64,000 bases of DNA, taken from contig WFPC01000015.1 of assembly GCA_015487785.1 (NCBI GenBank), positions 51,942 through 115,941 on the forward strand, in the 5' to 3' direction. Source of the DNA: Gammaproteobacteria bacterium (GTDB taxonomy: Bacteria > Pseudomonadota > Gammaproteobacteria > S012-40). The notes beneath the pieces are model-generated. The model saw nothing but the letters and a program-made list of their open reading frames with translations. It was not told the DNA's origin and ran no database searches. Shown piece after piece: positions 1 to 10,685 of this stretch (position 1 is its first letter; every line of letters starts with the position of its first letter). A program made the position numbers and the translations under genes.

Positions 1-546
1 CCCGATGTCTATAACCTGTTGCTGCAGGTGATGGATCATGGCTCGCTGACCGACACCAACGGTCGCAAGACCGATTTCCGCAACGTCATCCTGGTGATGA
101 CCACCAATACCGGTGCCCAGGAGATCAGCCGGCCCTCTATCGGCTTCACTGAACAGGATCATTCCAGCGACGGCGCCGAGGCACTCAAACGCACCTTTAC
201 GCCGGAGTTTCGCAATCGCCTGGATGCCATCATCCAGTTCAAGCCGCTGGATAGCGAAACCATCGGCCACGTGGTGGACAAGTTCCTGATGGAGCTGGAG
301 GTCCAGTTGGAGGCCAAGGGTGTGCGCATGGAAGTGACGCCGCAGGCCCGTCAATGGCTGGCAACCCATGGCTACGACAAGACCATGGGCGCACGCCCCA
401 TGGCGCGCCTTATCCAGGAGCACATCAAGAAACCGCTGGCCAACGAGTTGCTGTTTGGCGAACTGGCCAATGGGGGCCTGGTGAGGGTGGAAGAGCAGGA
501 CGGTGAGTTGAGTTACCGTGTGTTACGCGAGGAAACGGTGTCCTGA
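1..546 (+). CDS. clpA: ATP-dependent Clp protease ATP-binding subunit ClpA, C-terminal portion (5' end lies outside window)
   Basis: Frame-1 ORF is open from nt 1. The translation PDVYNLLLQVMDHGSLTDTNGRKTDFRNVILVMTTN...ARPMARLIQEHIKKPLANELLFG aligns to the ClpA C-terminal D2/C-terminal domain. A convergent infA follows, as in the E. coli clpA/infA arrangement. Confidence 0.9.
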   Translation, partial: PDVYNLLLQVMDHGSLTDTNGRKTDFRNVILVMTTNTGAQEISRPSIGFTEQDHSSDGAEALKRTFTPEFRNRLDAIIQFKPLDSETIGHVVDKFLMELEVQLEAKGVRMEVTPQARQWLATHGYDKTMGARPMARLIQEHIKKPLANELLFGELANGGLVRVEEQDGELSYRVLREETVS

Positions 547-573
547 GAAGTGCAGGGTATGCGCTTGCTGTGA

Positions 574-599
574 AAAAGCCGACCTTGTGTCGGCTTTTT
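574..599. terminator. Bidirectional rho-independent terminator between convergent clpA and infA
   Basis: Hairpin aaaaagccgac-cttgt-gtcggcttttt, flanked by A-run on one side and T-run on the other. Confidence 0.6.
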
Positions 600-615
600 C
601 GTTTATAAGCGCCTG

Positions 616-834
616 TTATTTTGCGCGGTAGACGATGCGCCCCTTGGACAGGTCGTAGGGTGTCAACTGCACCGTGACCTTGTCACCGGTCAGGATACGG
701 ATGTAGTTCTTGCGCATCTTACCGGAGATGTGGGCGGTGACCACGTGACCATTCTCCAACTGGACCCGAAACATCGTGTTGGGAAGGGTTTCGATCACCG
801 TCCCTTCCATTTCGATATTTTCTTCTTTCGCCAT
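616..834 (-). CDS. infA: Translation initiation factor IF-1
   Basis: 72 aa, [67 protein letters not shown]. Near-identical to E. coli InfA. Confidence 0.97.
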   Translation of the reverse strand: MAKEENIEMEGTVIETLPNTMFRVQLENGHVVTAHISGKMRKNYIRILTGDKVTVQLTPYDLSKGRIVYRAK

Positions 835-1032
835 AAGTGTTCAGAACCACCTGTTGATTTTGTCCATCCACGGCAGGGCGTGCCAAGATCGGCCATCCCG
901 CGGTGCTTCAAAAGGGCGTGATTATACCCTTGTGCCGGGTATATCTCTAGGGCTATTTCCCGCTCTTTTATTTGGGGATCAGGCACCGTTTATGCAAGTG
1001 TTTTCCGGCGTGTTTTTCAGTCGGGAGGATAC

Positions 1033-2034
1033 ATGAAGCACCGTATTCTGCATATCACCAACCTGCCCAGCGTTTGTCGCAGCCTGCAAGCGGCGGATAT
1101 TGGCGGTGATACTCTTGCCTGGCAGGACCTGCTCTACCAGGGGCCCCTGCTGGCCTTGCCCCTGGACGAGCTGGCGGCGCGGCGGTCAGCCTATTTCGCT
1201 AGCCAGGGCTGGGGAGCAAGAGGCAGGATTCTGGCGTTGTTTGAAAGGCGAAATGAACAATTGCGCGCTTTTCGTGCCTATGATGAAGTAGTGCTGTGGT
1301 TCGATCATGACCTGCTCGACCAGCTGCAGTTGCTACAGCTGCTCAACTGGTTCTCCCAACAGACTCTGGGCAGGACCCGTCTGACGCTCATCACCCTGGA
1401 TCACTATCCCGGAATCTATCGCTTTACCGGCCTGGAAGTGCTCAAACCCGCGCAACTGCGCAATTTGCCGGCCAAGCGCCTGGAGGTGTCGCTCAACCAG
1501 TTCGAGCTGGCGCGCCGGGCCTGGGAGGCAGTGACGGCCAGCGATCCGGCCCGGTTGCAGGTTTTCGGCTGGCCCGACATGTCTTCCTTGCCCTATCTCA
1601 AGGATGCCTTGAGCCGGCTGCAGGAAGAATATCCTTCCCGTCAGGACGGTCTTTCGCGCAGCGAACGCCAGATCCTGCGAGCCGTGTACGCCGGTGCATG
1701 TTATCCGCGGCATATCTATGCCACGGCACAGCGCATGGAGGACCGTCCCTTCATGAGCGAAAAGGCGTTTCGTTTCCTGTTGCGCAAGCTGTTGCGTGAC
1801 CGCGAGCCCTGTATTCGGGTGAAAAAGGGTGACAGGGTGGATGATATCGAAGCCGAAGCATTCTATTATCAGAATATCGTGATCACTGCCGCTGGTTTCA
1901 AGGTGTTGGCGGAAGACCGTGACTACGTGTTCATGAACGGCGTCGACCGCTGGGTGGGTGGGGTACACATCAGTGATGCCTGTATCTGGCGGCGTAACCG
2001 CCACAACAAGGCCATAAAGCGAACCTATGCCTGA
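1033..2034 (+). CDS. Hypothetical protein, DUF1835/DUF3658-like
   Basis: 333-aa ORF with good codon usage. N-terminus MKHRILHITNLPS..L resembles the DUF1835 family start. No catalytic motifs recognised. Confidence 0.5.
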   Translation: MKHRILHITNLPSVCRSLQAADIGGDTLAWQDLLYQGPLLALPLDELAARRSAYFASQGWGARGRILALFERRNEQLRAFRAYDEVVLWFDHDLLDQLQLLQLLNWFSQQTLGRTRLTLITLDHYPGIYRFTGLEVLKPAQLRNLPAKRLEVSLNQFELARRAWEAVTASDPARLQVFGWPDMSSLPYLKDALSRLQEEYPSRQDGLSRSERQILRAVYAGACYPRHIYATAQRMEDRPFMSEKAFRFLLRKLLRDREPCIRVKKGDRVDDIEAEAFYYQNIVITAAGFKVLAEDRDYVFMNGVDRWVGGVHISDACIWRRNRHNKAIKRTYA

Positions 2035-2596
2035 AAAACCACAAGCCACATTGGCAACACCGCAGGCGGTACTGAACACCTGGTTCTCCGAGTATGCGAG
2101 GCCGCTGTGGTTCAGATCCACCGCGGCCTTCGATCGCGAGCTGAAGCAGCGTTTCGGTGCCACGGTGGAGGCTGCGCTTGCCGGCGGTCTGCGGCACTGG
2201 GCCGATACGCCAACGGGCGCTCTGGCCCTGGTCATCGTCTTGGATCAATTGCCCCTCAACATCTATCGCGGCCGTGCACGAGCCTTTGCCGGTGAAGCCA
2301 TGGCGCGGGAGATCGCGGCCCGGGCCATCGAACGCGGGTACCATAGCGGCTTGAGCCAGGAGCAAAAGGTCTTTCTCTATCTGCCTTTCATGCATAGTGA
2401 AAACCTGGACGACCAAGATCGCGCCGTGGCCTTGTTCCAGGCGGCCGGTCTGCAGGAAAATCTTCGCTATGCCCATCATCATCGTGATATCGTACGACGC
2501 TTCGGTCGCTTTCCTCACCGCAATGCCATTCTCGGGCGGGAAAGTACCCCGCAGGAACTGGAATACCTGAATTCACCCGAGGCCTTTACCGGTTGA
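2027..2596 (+). CDS. DUF924 family protein (YbaA-like)
   Basis: 189 aa. Overlaps the upstream gene by 8 nt. Composition and motifs WF..Y.RPLWF, D..R.FG, LDQ.PLNIYRG are typical of DUF924. Confidence 0.6.
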   Translation: MPEKPQATLATPQAVLNTWFSEYARPLWFRSTAAFDRELKQRFGATVEAALAGGLRHWADTPTGALALVIVLDQLPLNIYRGRARAFAGEAMAREIAARAIERGYHSGLSQEQKVFLYLPFMHSENLDDQDRAVALFQAAGLQENLRYAHHHRDIVRRFGRFPHRNAILGRESTPQELEYLNSPEAFTG

Positions 2597-2603
2597 ATAC
2601 GAC

Positions 2604-3317
2604 ATGAAACCCATACGCATTTTTCGACACGTGGACTGCGAGGGTCCCGGCTATCTGCTGGATGTACTGGCGCGTCACGGTCTGACCTATGAGCTGGTTC
2701 GCGTGGACCAGGGAGAGGCGGTGCCTCCGCGCATCGACGATGTGGCTGGCCTGGTGTTCATGGGCGGCGGCATGAGTGCCAACGATGAACTGCCCTGGAT
2801 CGATCAGGAACTGGCGTTGATTCGCCGTGCCATCGAGGCCGAGGTACCGGTATTGGGGCATTGTCTCGGTGGACAGTTGATGAGCAAGGCTCTGGGGGGA
2901 GAAGTGGTGGCCAACCCGGTACGGGAAATCGGTTGGTTGGAGGTGCAGGCCGCCGATACCGCGCTGGCTGCTGAATGGTTGCCGGTGCGGAGTGGGTCTT
3001 TCGAGGCCTTCCACTGGCATGGCGAGCGCTTTTCCATCCCGGAGGGAGGCCGCCTGATCCTGTCCAGTGAACACTGCCGGGAGCAGGCTTTCGTGATCGG
3101 CAATTCGCTGGCCATGCAATGCCATGTGGAGATGACGGAAGCTCTGGTGCGGGAATGGGTCGCGCGCTTTGCCGACCAATTGGACGACGGGGCGCCAACG
3201 GTCCAGTCGAAGGACCTGATATTGCAAGGACTGCGCGAACGGATACGCCATCTGCAAGCCGTTGCGGATGTGATCTACGCCCGTTGGCTGCGCCCCATAC
3301 TGGCGCAACAGCGATGA
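2604..3317 (+). CDS. Class I (type 1) glutamine amidotransferase-like protein
   Basis: 237 aa. Nucleophile-elbow motif VLGHCLGGQL (G-x-C-x-G) and HWHGE fit the GATase1 / GMP-synthase-like fold. Confidence 0.75.
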   Translation: MKPIRIFRHVDCEGPGYLLDVLARHGLTYELVRVDQGEAVPPRIDDVAGLVFMGGGMSANDELPWIDQELALIRRAIEAEVPVLGHCLGGQLMSKALGGEVVANPVREIGWLEVQAADTALAAEWLPVRSGSFEAFHWHGERFSIPEGGRLILSSEHCREQAFVIGNSLAMQCHVEMTEALVREWVARFADQLDDGAPTVQSKDLILQGLRERIRHLQAVADVIYARWLRPILAQQR

Positions 3318-3400
3318 ACGACTCAAGCCTGCCCACCCGGGCGACGATAAGGGGGGCGAGGCTTGTACAAACCCGACAATCAGCTTTGGAGAAATGACCT

Positions 3401-3940
3401 ATGTCCTTTACAAATAAGAAATTGCTCAAAACTCTCGTGACGGCCTGCGCTCTGGGCGTGGCAGCCCCCATGGCCGTGGCCGATGGGGACTGGGGTGGTG
3501 GCATGAAGAAAGATCATCACATGATGAAGGGTCACCATGCCAAGATGGGCAAGTCCTGGGATGGCGCCAAGGGTGGCGAATGGTCCATGGGTGAAGGCCA
3601 CATGACAGCGCGTCTGCGCGCGGTGTGGAATCTGGACCTGTCGCCGGAACAGCGAGCCAAGATCCGCAAGATCCAGCGTGAGCTGCGCAAGAAGCACTGG
3701 GCCCTGGAAGACAAGATCGAAGACGTTTCCGACAAACTGTTCGAGCTCTACCGGGCCCCCGAGCGCGATGCCAAGGCCATTGGCAAGGTCTATGGGCAGA
3801 TCTTCGACTATCGTCGCCAGATGATCGAGCTGGCCATCGAGGCGGGCAATGAGGTGGGCAGGGTGCTCACCCCCGAACAGCGCAGGCAATGGATGATGAT
3901 GTTGCCGCATCCCAAGTGGGGTGCCGGCTGGGGCCAGTGA
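3401..3940 (+). CDS. Periplasmic Spy/CpxP/ZraP-family protein (LTXXQ motif), His-rich
   Basis: Signal peptide MSFTNKKLLKTLVTACALGVAAPMAVA. His/Met-rich segment KKDHHMMKGHHAKMGK. Two LTXXQ-type motifs (LSPEQRAKI, LTPEQRRQW), as in CpxP/Spy/ZraP. Confidence 0.75.
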   Translation: MSFTNKKLLKTLVTACALGVAAPMAVADGDWGGGMKKDHHMMKGHHAKMGKSWDGAKGGEWSMGEGHMTARLRAVWNLDLSPEQRAKIRKIQRELRKKHWALEDKIEDVSDKLFELYRAPERDAKAIGKVYGQIFDYRRQMIELAIEAGNEVGRVLTPEQRRQWMMMLPHPKWGAGWGQ

Positions 3941-3965
3941 ACCAGAAGCGCCAAGCAGTGAAAAG

Positions 3966-3994
3966 AACCCGGTGGTCCGCCACCGGGTTTTTTG
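3966..3994 (+). terminator. Rho-independent terminator after the cpxP-like gene
   Basis: cccggtgg-tccg-ccaccggg followed by tttttgttg. Confidence 0.8.
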
Positions 3995-4142
3995 TTGTCA
4001 ATTCTTGGGATATTTCATATCGTTTTGATAATATAGCATATTTCGACATACAGATCCCGTCTTTCCTCGATCGCAGCCAAATTCGGCCAAATAGGGTAGA
4101 ATTGGCGCCCTGTTTGTTTTCGTAATCGATGCGAGGTGCCCC

Positions 4143-6707
4143 GTGTTAGAGAGTTATCAACAGCATGTCGAAGAGCGCGCCGCCCAGGGCTTGCCCCCCT
4201 TGCCGCTGGACGCCCGGCAGACCGCCGAACTGGTGGAGTTGTTGAAGCAGCCCGAGGGCCACGATGGCGACATGTTGCTGGAACTGCTGAGCCAGCGGGT
4301 TCCGGCGGGCGTCGACGATGCCGCCTATGTCAAGGCCGCCTTTCTGGCCGATCTCGCCCGGGGCAAGGCCCGCTCGCCGTTGCTCGACCGCAGGCGCGCC
4401 ACCGAGCTGCTGGGAACCATGCTGGGTGGCTACAACATTGCACCGCTGATCGAGCTGCTGGACGACGAGGCGCTGGCGCCCACCGCTGCCAGGGCGCTTT
4501 CCAACACTTTGCTGATGTTCGATGCCTACCACGATGTGCTCGACAAGGCCAAGGCGGGCAACGCCTTCGCCCGCCAGGTGGCCGACTCCTGGGCTGCGGC
4601 AGAGTGGTTCACCCGTCGGCCCGAGCTGCCGGCGGAAATCCGAGTCGTGGTGTTCAAGGTGGAGGGCGAGACCAATACCGATGATCTCTCGCCGGCCTCC
4701 GAGGCCTGGAGTCGTCCCGATATTCCCCTGCACGCCAAGGCGATGTTGATGAACCGCATGCCCGATGCACTGGACAAGATCGAACAGCTCAAGGCCAAAG
4801 GCTTGCCGCTGGCCTACGTGGGCGATGTGGTGGGCACCGGCTCCTCGCGCAAATCGGCCATCAACTCGGTTCTCTGGCACATGGGACACGATATCCCTTA
4901 CGTGCCCAACAAGCGTCAGGGAGGCGTAATCCTGGGTGGCAAGATCGCTCCCATCTTCTTCAACACCGCCGAGGACTCCGGCGCCCTGCCCATCGAGTGC
5001 GATGTCTCCAGACTCAACATGGGCGATGTTATCACCATCAAGCCCTATGACGGCGTGATCGAGAACGAAGCCGGCGAAGTGATCTCCACCTTCGACCTCA
5101 AACCCTCGACCCTGCCCGACGAGATTCGTGCCGGCGGCCGCATTCCGCTCATCATCGGCCGCTCGCTGACCGACAAGACCCGCGAGGCCCTGGGCCTGCC
5201 ACCCTCGGAGGTCTTTCTGCGTCCCGAGCCTCCCGTGGAGAGCGACAAGGGCTACACCCTGGCACAGAAGATCGTCGGCCGTGCCTGCGGCGTCGAGGGG
5301 ATCCGCCCCGGTACCTACTGCGAGCCGCGCATGACCACCGTCGGCTCCCAGGACACCACCGGCGCCATGACCCGCGACGAACTGAAAGAGCTGGCCTGCC
5401 TCGGCTTCTCCGCCGATCTGGTGATGCAGAGCTTCTGCCACACCGCCGCCTACCCCAAGCCGGTGGATATCAAGCTCCAGCACGAGCTGCCCGAATTCAT
5501 CCAGAACCGCGGTGGCGTGGCGCTGCGCCCCGGCGATGGCGTCATCCATAGCTGGCTCAACCGCATGATCCTGCCCGACACCGTCGGCACCGGCGGCGAC
5601 TCCCACACCCGCTTCCCCATGGGCATCAGCTTTCCCGCCGGCTCCGGCCTGGTGGCCTTTGCCGCCGCCCTGGGAGTGATGCCGCTGGACATGCCCGAAT
5701 CGGTGCTGGTGCGTTTCACTGGCGAGATGCAGCCCGGCATCACCCTGCGCGACCTGGTCAACGCCATCCCCTACGCCGCTATCCAGCAAGGGCTGCTGAC
5801 GGTGGAGAAGGCGGGCAAGAAGAATATCTTCTCCGGCCGGGTGCTGGAGATCGAGGGGCTGGAGCACCTCAAGGTGGAACAGGCCTTCGAGCTGTCGGAT
5901 GCCTCGGCCGAGCGCTCCGCCAACGGCTGCACTGTCAAGCTCGACAAGGAACCCATCATCGAATTCCTCAACTCCAATATCACCCTGCTCAAATGGATGA
6001 TCGCCAACGGCTACGAGGACAAGCGCACCCTGGCGCGGCGTATCGAGGCGATGGAGAAGTGGCTGGAGAAGCCCGAGCTGCTGGAGGCCGACAGCGACGC
6101 CGAGTACGCCGCCGTGATCGAGATCGACATGAACGAAATCAGGGAGCCCATCGTCGCCTGCCCCAACGACCCGGACGACGTGAAGCTGCTCTCCGAGGTG
6201 GCCGGCGACAAAATCGACGAGGTCTTCATCGGCTCCTGCATGACCAACATCGGTCACTACCGCGCCGCCGGCAAGGTACTGGAGAAGTTTGGCGGCGCCG
6301 TACCCACGCGCCTGTGGATTGCGCCGCCTACCAGGATGGACGAACACCAGCTCATCGAGGAGGGCTATTACAGCATCTTCGGCCGCGCCGGCGCCCGCAC
6401 CGAGATGCCCGGCTGCTCGCTCTGCATGGGCAACCAGGCCCGGGTGCGCGATGGTGCCACCGTCATGTCCACCTCCACCCGCAATTTCCCCAACCGTCTG
6501 GGCAAGGATGCCAACGTCTACCTCGGCTCGGCCGAACTGGCCGCCGTCTGCGCCCAACTGGGCAAGATCCCCAGCGTGGAGGAATACATGGAAGCGGTGC
6601 ATATGCTCGATCCCCTGGCCGACGACATCTACCGTTACCTCAATTTCAACGAAATCGAGGAATACCAGAGAGTGGCGGCCAAGGTGATACCCATTGCCGC
6701 CGCCTGA
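4143..6707 (+). CDS. acnB: Aconitate hydratase B (bifunctional aconitase 2 / 2-methylisocitrate dehydratase)
   Basis: 854 aa with a GTG start. [16 protein letters not shown]...[11 protein letters not shown]...[10 protein letters not shown] is collinear with E. coli AcnB over the full length. Confidence 0.97.
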   Translation: MLESYQQHVEERAAQGLPPLPLDARQTAELVELLKQPEGHDGDMLLELLSQRVPAGVDDAAYVKAAFLADLARGKARSPLLDRRRATELLGTMLGGYNIAPLIELLDDEALAPTAARALSNTLLMFDAYHDVLDKAKAGNAFARQVADSWAAAEWFTRRPELPAEIRVVVFKVEGETNTDDLSPASEAWSRPDIPLHAKAMLMNRMPDALDKIEQLKAKGLPLAYVGDVVGTGSSRKSAINSVLWHMGHDIPYVPNKRQGGVILGGKIAPIFFNTAEDSGALPIECDVSRLNMGDVITIKPYDGVIENEAGEVISTFDLKPSTLPDEIRAGGRIPLIIGRSLTDKTREALGLPPSEVFLRPEPPVESDKGYTLAQKIVGRACGVEGIRPGTYCEPRMTTVGSQDTTGAMTRDELKELACLGFSADLVMQSFCHTAAYPKPVDIKLQHELPEFIQNRGGVALRPGDGVIHSWLNRMILPDTVGTGGDSHTRFPMGISFPAGSGLVAFAAALGVMPLDMPESVLVRFTGEMQPGITLRDLVNAIPYAAIQQGLLTVEKAGKKNIFSGRVLEIEGLEHLKVEQAFELSDASAERSANGCTVKLDKEPIIEFLNSNITLLKWMIANGYEDKRTLARRIEAMEKWLEKPELLEADSDAEYAAVIEIDMNEIREPIVACPNDPDDVKLLSEVAGDKIDEVFIGSCMTNIGHYRAAGKVLEKFGGAVPTRLWIAPPTRMDEHQLIEEGYYSIFGRAGARTEMPGCSLCMGNQARVRDGATVMSTSTRNFPNRLGKDANVYLGSAELAAVCAQLGKIPSVEEYMEAVHMLDPLADDIYRYLNFNEIEEYQRVAAKVIPIAAA

Positions 6708-6740
6708 AAAATAGGTTGAACGGAGGAGCGTGGACGACAC

Positions 6741-7202
6741 ATGATACGCCTATTGTTGGGCCTGGTTTCACTGCTGATCATTTTTGCCATCCTGCTGCCG
6801 GTGGTGATGGACAAGCCCGAGCACATGAAAACCGACTGGGAACGCATCCGTGAGCAATTGGGTCCCTACGCCTTCAATACGCCCAAGGAGATCGAGCTGT
6901 TGCTGCGCAGGCAGAGTGTTGACCAGAAGACCCGGGAGCGCATCGAGCGTTTGATTCTCAAGACCAACGAGGAATTCTTGCCTCGCACGCCGCGTATTCC
7001 CGACACCGTGGATAACGTCATGCGTGCCTTGCGCAAGTATCTTCCCGATTACGATTTCGGCGAGCCGGTGGTGGAGGAGGCTAGTTATTTCCACTGGTTG
7101 AGCCCCAACACCAAGTGGTTCGTCTCGTCCATCGAGACCACGCGGGGGCACTTTTCCTTCTGGGAAAAGCGCATGGATGTCAGTCAACTGATCAACGACT
7201 GA
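6741..7202 (+). CDS. Hypothetical membrane-anchored protein
   Basis: 153 aa. N-terminal TM helix LLLGLVSLLIIFAILLPVV. No recognisable domain. Confidence 0.45.
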   Translation: MIRLLLGLVSLLIIFAILLPVVMDKPEHMKTDWERIREQLGPYAFNTPKEIELLLRRQSVDQKTRERIERLILKTNEEFLPRTPRIPDTVDNVMRALRKYLPDYDFGEPVVEEASYFHWLSPNTKWFVSSIETTRGHFSFWEKRMDVSQLIND

Positions 7203-7223
7203 TCGGCGAGAGCGGGGCCGCCC

Positions 7224-8582
7224 ATGGATATCACTTTTCTCGGCGGCACCGAAACCGTCACCGGTTCCAAGTTCCTGCTGCACAGCGGCGATACCCGGGT
7301 GCTGGTGGACTGTGGTCTTTTTCAGGGGTTCAAGTGGTTGCGCCGGCGCAACTGGCAGCCTTTGCCGCTGGATATCCACGATCTCGATGCGGTAGTGCTC
7401 ACCCATGCCCACATCGACCATTCGGGCTATCTGCCGGCACTCTATGAACAGGGTTATCGTGGTCCGGTGTATACCCACCATGCCAGCAAGGCGTTGTGTG
7501 CCATTCTGTTGCCGGACAGCGGTCATCTGCAGGAGGAAGATGCTCGCTACTATGCCCGTCATCACCTGAGCAAGCACGCCCATCCACGTCCCTTGTACGA
7601 TCGAACCACCGCCGAGCGTTGCCTGGAGTTGTTCCAGGGCGTGGATTTTGGTGAGCGCTTCCAGGTGGGTGAGATAGATTTCCATCTGCAACATGCGGGG
7701 CATATCCTGGGGGCTGGCAGCGTGATCGCCGAGCTGGAGGGCAGGCGCGTGGGGTTTTCCGGCGACGTGGGCAGGCCCCACGATATTTTGATGAAACCCC
7801 CCAAGCCTCTGCCCGAGCTGGACCTGTTGCTGTTGGAGTCCACTTATGGCAATCGGTTGCATGAACACGACGATCCCTTCGAGCAACTGACCAGAGTGGT
7901 CAATGATTGTCTGAGGCGGGGCGGGGTGTTGCTGATTCCCAGTTTTGCCGTGGGCCGCGCCCAGACCCTGCAGTACATGTTGACGGAATTGATGGCCAGT
8001 GGGCGTATCCCCCACTTGCCAATGTATCTCGACAGCCCCATGGCCATCGGCGTGTCCGACATCTATTGTCGTTACAACGACCTGCACCGCCTGGATCGGC
8101 GACAATGCCACGCCCTGTGTGAATCCACCACCTATGTTCGCAGCGTGGAGGAATCCAAGGCCCTGGCGGAGCAGAACTACCCGCATATCATCATCGCGGG
8201 CAGCGGCATGGCCACCGGCGGGCGTATTCTGCATCATTTCAAGCGCCTGTTGCCGGACAAGCGCACCACGGTGTTGTTCACCGGTTTCCAGGTGGGCGGC
8301 ACCCGTGGCGCCAAGATGCTGGCGGGGGCCGACAGTGTCAAGATCCATGGGCAGTGGATTCCGGTGAAGGCGAGACTGGAAATGATCACCGGCCTGTCCG
8401 GGCATGGCGATTACCGCGACATCCAGCAATGGCTGGAGCGCAGCCGTTTGCATCGCCACACGCCCATTCAGTTGATCCATGGCGAACCCGAGGCGCTGGA
8501 AGCCATGCGTGACCATCTGCGTCGCCACACCGCCTTCGAAGTGGATGTGGCCGGCTATCGCAACATTCTTCGTTTGCCCTGA
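7224..8582 (+). CDS. MBL-fold metallo-hydrolase with beta-CASP / RNA-specificity domain (RNase J / CPSF-like)
   Basis: 452 aa. The HxHxDH motif (THAHIDHSGYLP) and downstream D/H motifs typical of the beta-CASP ribonuclease family. Confidence 0.8.
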   Translation: MDITFLGGTETVTGSKFLLHSGDTRVLVDCGLFQGFKWLRRRNWQPLPLDIHDLDAVVLTHAHIDHSGYLPALYEQGYRGPVYTHHASKALCAILLPDSGHLQEEDARYYARHHLSKHAHPRPLYDRTTAERCLELFQGVDFGERFQVGEIDFHLQHAGHILGAGSVIAELEGRRVGFSGDVGRPHDILMKPPKPLPELDLLLLESTYGNRLHEHDDPFEQLTRVVNDCLRRGGVLLIPSFAVGRAQTLQYMLTELMASGRIPHLPMYLDSPMAIGVSDIYCRYNDLHRLDRRQCHALCESTTYVRSVEESKALAEQNYPHIIIAGSGMATGGRILHHFKRLLPDKRTTVLFTGFQVGGTRGAKMLAGADSVKIHGQWIPVKARLEMITGLSGHGDYRDIQQWLERSRLHRHTPIQLIHGEPEALEAMRDHLRRHTAFEVDVAGYRNILRLP

Positions 8583-8796
8583 GTATTTCGCGCTATCAAC
8601 CCGTCGAATGATGGGAGGCGGGCAGTATTACCCACCCTTCGGTTCCATCCCGCTTCCAACGGTTCTTCGCTGTCGTCTTTGCTTTACGGCGTCAAGAGAA
8701 AGAGCGTCGCCCGCCGGGTGGGGTCGGCTGTTCAAGAAGACATTGCGTAGCGACCACGAATGCCACCGTCTCTGGACTGGGAGGGAACTATTCGAG

Positions 8797-9123
8797 CTAT
8801 GTTTCCGAGGGCGGTTTGGCCGCTTTCGGTTTTCGGGACGGGGATTTCATGCCCTCGTCGAGGGTGTAGATGAAGGCCAGCACCTCGGCCACCGCACGGT
8901 AGAGGCTGACCGGGATGGCCTGATCCAGTTCCAGGCGGGACAACAGGCGCACCAGGTCGGCATCCTGGTAGAGGGGCACGCCATGTTCTTCGGCGATCTC
9001 GATAATGCGCCGGGCCAGCTCTCCTTCGCCCTTGGCCACCACCCGCGGCGCACTGGCGCCGCCTTCGTATTGCAGGGCTACGGCACGGGTTTCCCCGGTG
9101 TCTTGTGAGTCGTTCTTGTTCAT
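8797..9123 (-). CDS. FlhB C-terminal-domain-like protein (EscU/YscU/HrcU family, YlqH-like)
   Basis: 108 aa. RAVALQYEGGASAPRVVAKGEGELARRIIEIAEEHGVPLYQDADLVRLL matches the FlhB/YscU C-terminal autocleavage-domain family. 4-nt overlap with the upstream fliK-like gene. Confidence 0.8.
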   Translation of the reverse strand: MNKNDSQDTGETRAVALQYEGGASAPRVVAKGEGELARRIIEIAEEHGVPLYQDADLVRLLSRLELDQAIPVSLYRAVAEVLAFIYTLDEGMKSPSRKPKAAKPPSET

Positions 9124-10685
9124 GCCTCGAGATCCAGCAGTGGCGGTTTGTCGGCATCGTCAGGGCGCGGCGTATCGGCTGGAGCTTGGCCTTGCAACAG
9201 ACTGACTCGCTCGGCCTTGAGCCCGGTACGAGCGAGTCCCTGTTCCAGCTCTGGCAGATGTTCGCGGGCGGCGGCGAGGGTGGCTTCGTGCTCGGCCCAG
9301 ATGACCACACTTACCTGCTCCCCAAGCAGGGTGAGGCGGGCAGAAACGGGACCGGCATGTTCCAGTTCCAGGCGCAGGGTGACTACCAACGGGGCCTGTT
9401 GTTCCCCGCCACTGTTGCCCGTGTCATCGCGTTCGATGCGCAGGCGCAGTAGTTCGATCTTGTCGCCCTGGCGCAGGGGAAGTTCCAGTGACCACAGCAG
9501 GCGACCGCTTTCCTGTTCTACCAGGGCGTTGAGTTGCTGGGTCTGGATGCGGCTTGTGGCGGCCTCCGCATGACGCAGCAGTTCGCCCAGTTGTTGCAGC
9601 GGCGATGGGGTTTTTAGGCCCGCATCGCCACGCGTGGTTTCGACTGTCCGCGCAGGCTGAGATGCGGGTGGGGATAGTAGAAGTTTTTCCAGCTCGCTGC
9701 GCAAGGCGAGCAGATGACTCACCAGCCCCTGGCTGGCGGATGTGGGCTGGGCCAATGGGGGCTGGTTGAGCAGCGTGTTGGCAAGATTGAACAGGCTATG
9801 CAGCAGGGTGAGAATGCGGTCCCGCTCCGGCCCACTGCCGGCTGCGGTGATACCGGGACTCTCCATCACCAGCATGGCCAGTTGCCGGAACTGTGTGAGC
9901 TGGCTGTTCAACTTGGGCTGTATGGCCGTGCGTTCCAGCAGCCGGGGCAGAGCATCGCTTTGTAGCAGGTTCTGCAATTGCTGGCGGATCTCGGGTAGGC
10001 GATTCTGTATCTGTCGGGTTTCAGGGTGGGGCAGCTCGCGCTGTTGCTCGAGCCGGATGATTTGCAGGCGCAAGGCGTGTTGCAGTTGTAACAGCCCGGC
10101 CTTGAGATCTTCCCGTGGAGAGCTGGCCGGGGAGCCTTGCAGGCCCTGGCGCAGGCGTGATTCCAGCGACAGGCCGGAATTTTCCAATGCCTGCTTCAAG
10201 CCTTGGGGAGTTTGTAGCTGCTGACGCTCGGGCAGGCGCTCGAACAGTTGCCGGGTGATGTTTTGCAGGACAGCCGGCAGGGAAGAAGCCGGGGTCTGTG
10301 CGGCAGGCCGGAGCAGGCGAAGGATCGGGTTCAACGCCTGGTCCAGCGCCACCTGTCGTGGCAGATGTTGCCGCAGGGCCTGAGTCAGCACGGCCTGGTC
10401 GATGCTCTTCTGGGTGAGTTGCAGAACCACCTGCCGATCGCTTTTCTGTACCTGCAATTCCAGCTTCTGCCCTGCCAGCAGGGTCAGGGCGGTACGGGCC
10501 TGCAGCAGGGCTTGGTCGATCTGCAGGGTGACCTGGCCATTGGCTACGGTGATCACGCTGGCGTTGAGGATTTGTCCCGGATTAAGCATCAGCGTCTTGT
10601 CACCCGTTGCCGTGGTGTTGGTGACCAGCAGCTGGGGAACGGGGGGAGAGGTGGTGACTTGCATGGTTTCAATCGCCCTGGGCAC
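9120..10685 (-). CDS. FliK-like protein (flagellar hook-length control protein C-terminal domain), Pro/Gln/Leu-rich
   Basis: 521 aa, low complexity. The C-terminal LRLRIERDD...LVVTLRLELEHAGPVSARLTLLGEQVSVVIWAEHEATLAAAREHLPELEQGLARTGL fits the Flg_hook/FliK C-terminal pattern. The start overlaps the recN stop by 17 nt. Confidence 0.65.
   Translation of the reverse strand: MPRAIETMQVTTSPPVPQLLVTNTTATGDKTLMLNPGQILNASVITVANGQVTLQIDQALLQARTALTLLAGQKLELQVQKSDRQVVLQLTQKSIDQAVLTQALRQHLPRQVALDQALNPILRLLRPAAQTPASSLPAVLQNITRQLFERLPERQQLQTPQGLKQALENSGLSLESRLRQGLQGSPASSPREDLKAGLLQLQHALRLQIIRLEQQRELPHPETRQIQNRLPEIRQQLQNLLQSDALPRLLERTAIQPKLNSQLTQFRQLAMLVMESPGITAAGSGPERDRILTLLHSLFNLANTLLNQPPLAQPTSASQGLVSHLLALRSELEKLLLSPPASQPARTVETTRGDAGLKTPSPLQQLGELLRHAEAATSRIQTQQLNALVEQESGRLLWSLELPLRQGDKIELLRLRIERDDTGNSGGEQQAPLVVTLRLELEHAGPVSARLTLLGEQVSVVIWAEHEATLAAAREHLPELEQGLARTGLKAERVSLLQGQAPADTPRPDDADKPPLLDLEA

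Noticed and set aside
4146-6740. 864-aa ORF antisense to acnB, and similar long antisense or alternate-frame ORFs (6768-8528, 13382-14809, 15239-16831, 17225-18469, 23213-24340, 25123-26775, 28508-29980, 30070-31941, 42642-43610, 46148-47215, 48272-49099, 49100-50173, 54766-55806, 59960-61081, etc.)
   Set aside because: They lie opposite or out of frame to genes with strong, full-length homology and have Gly/Arg/Ala/Pro-rich low-complexity translations. These are typical artefacts of stop-codon depletion in high-GC DNA.
8479-9108. 209-aa plus-strand ORF overlapping the flhB-C-like gene
   Set aside because: Opposite strand to a gene with clear family membership; the Arg/Gly-rich translation is typical of GC-rich antisense frames.
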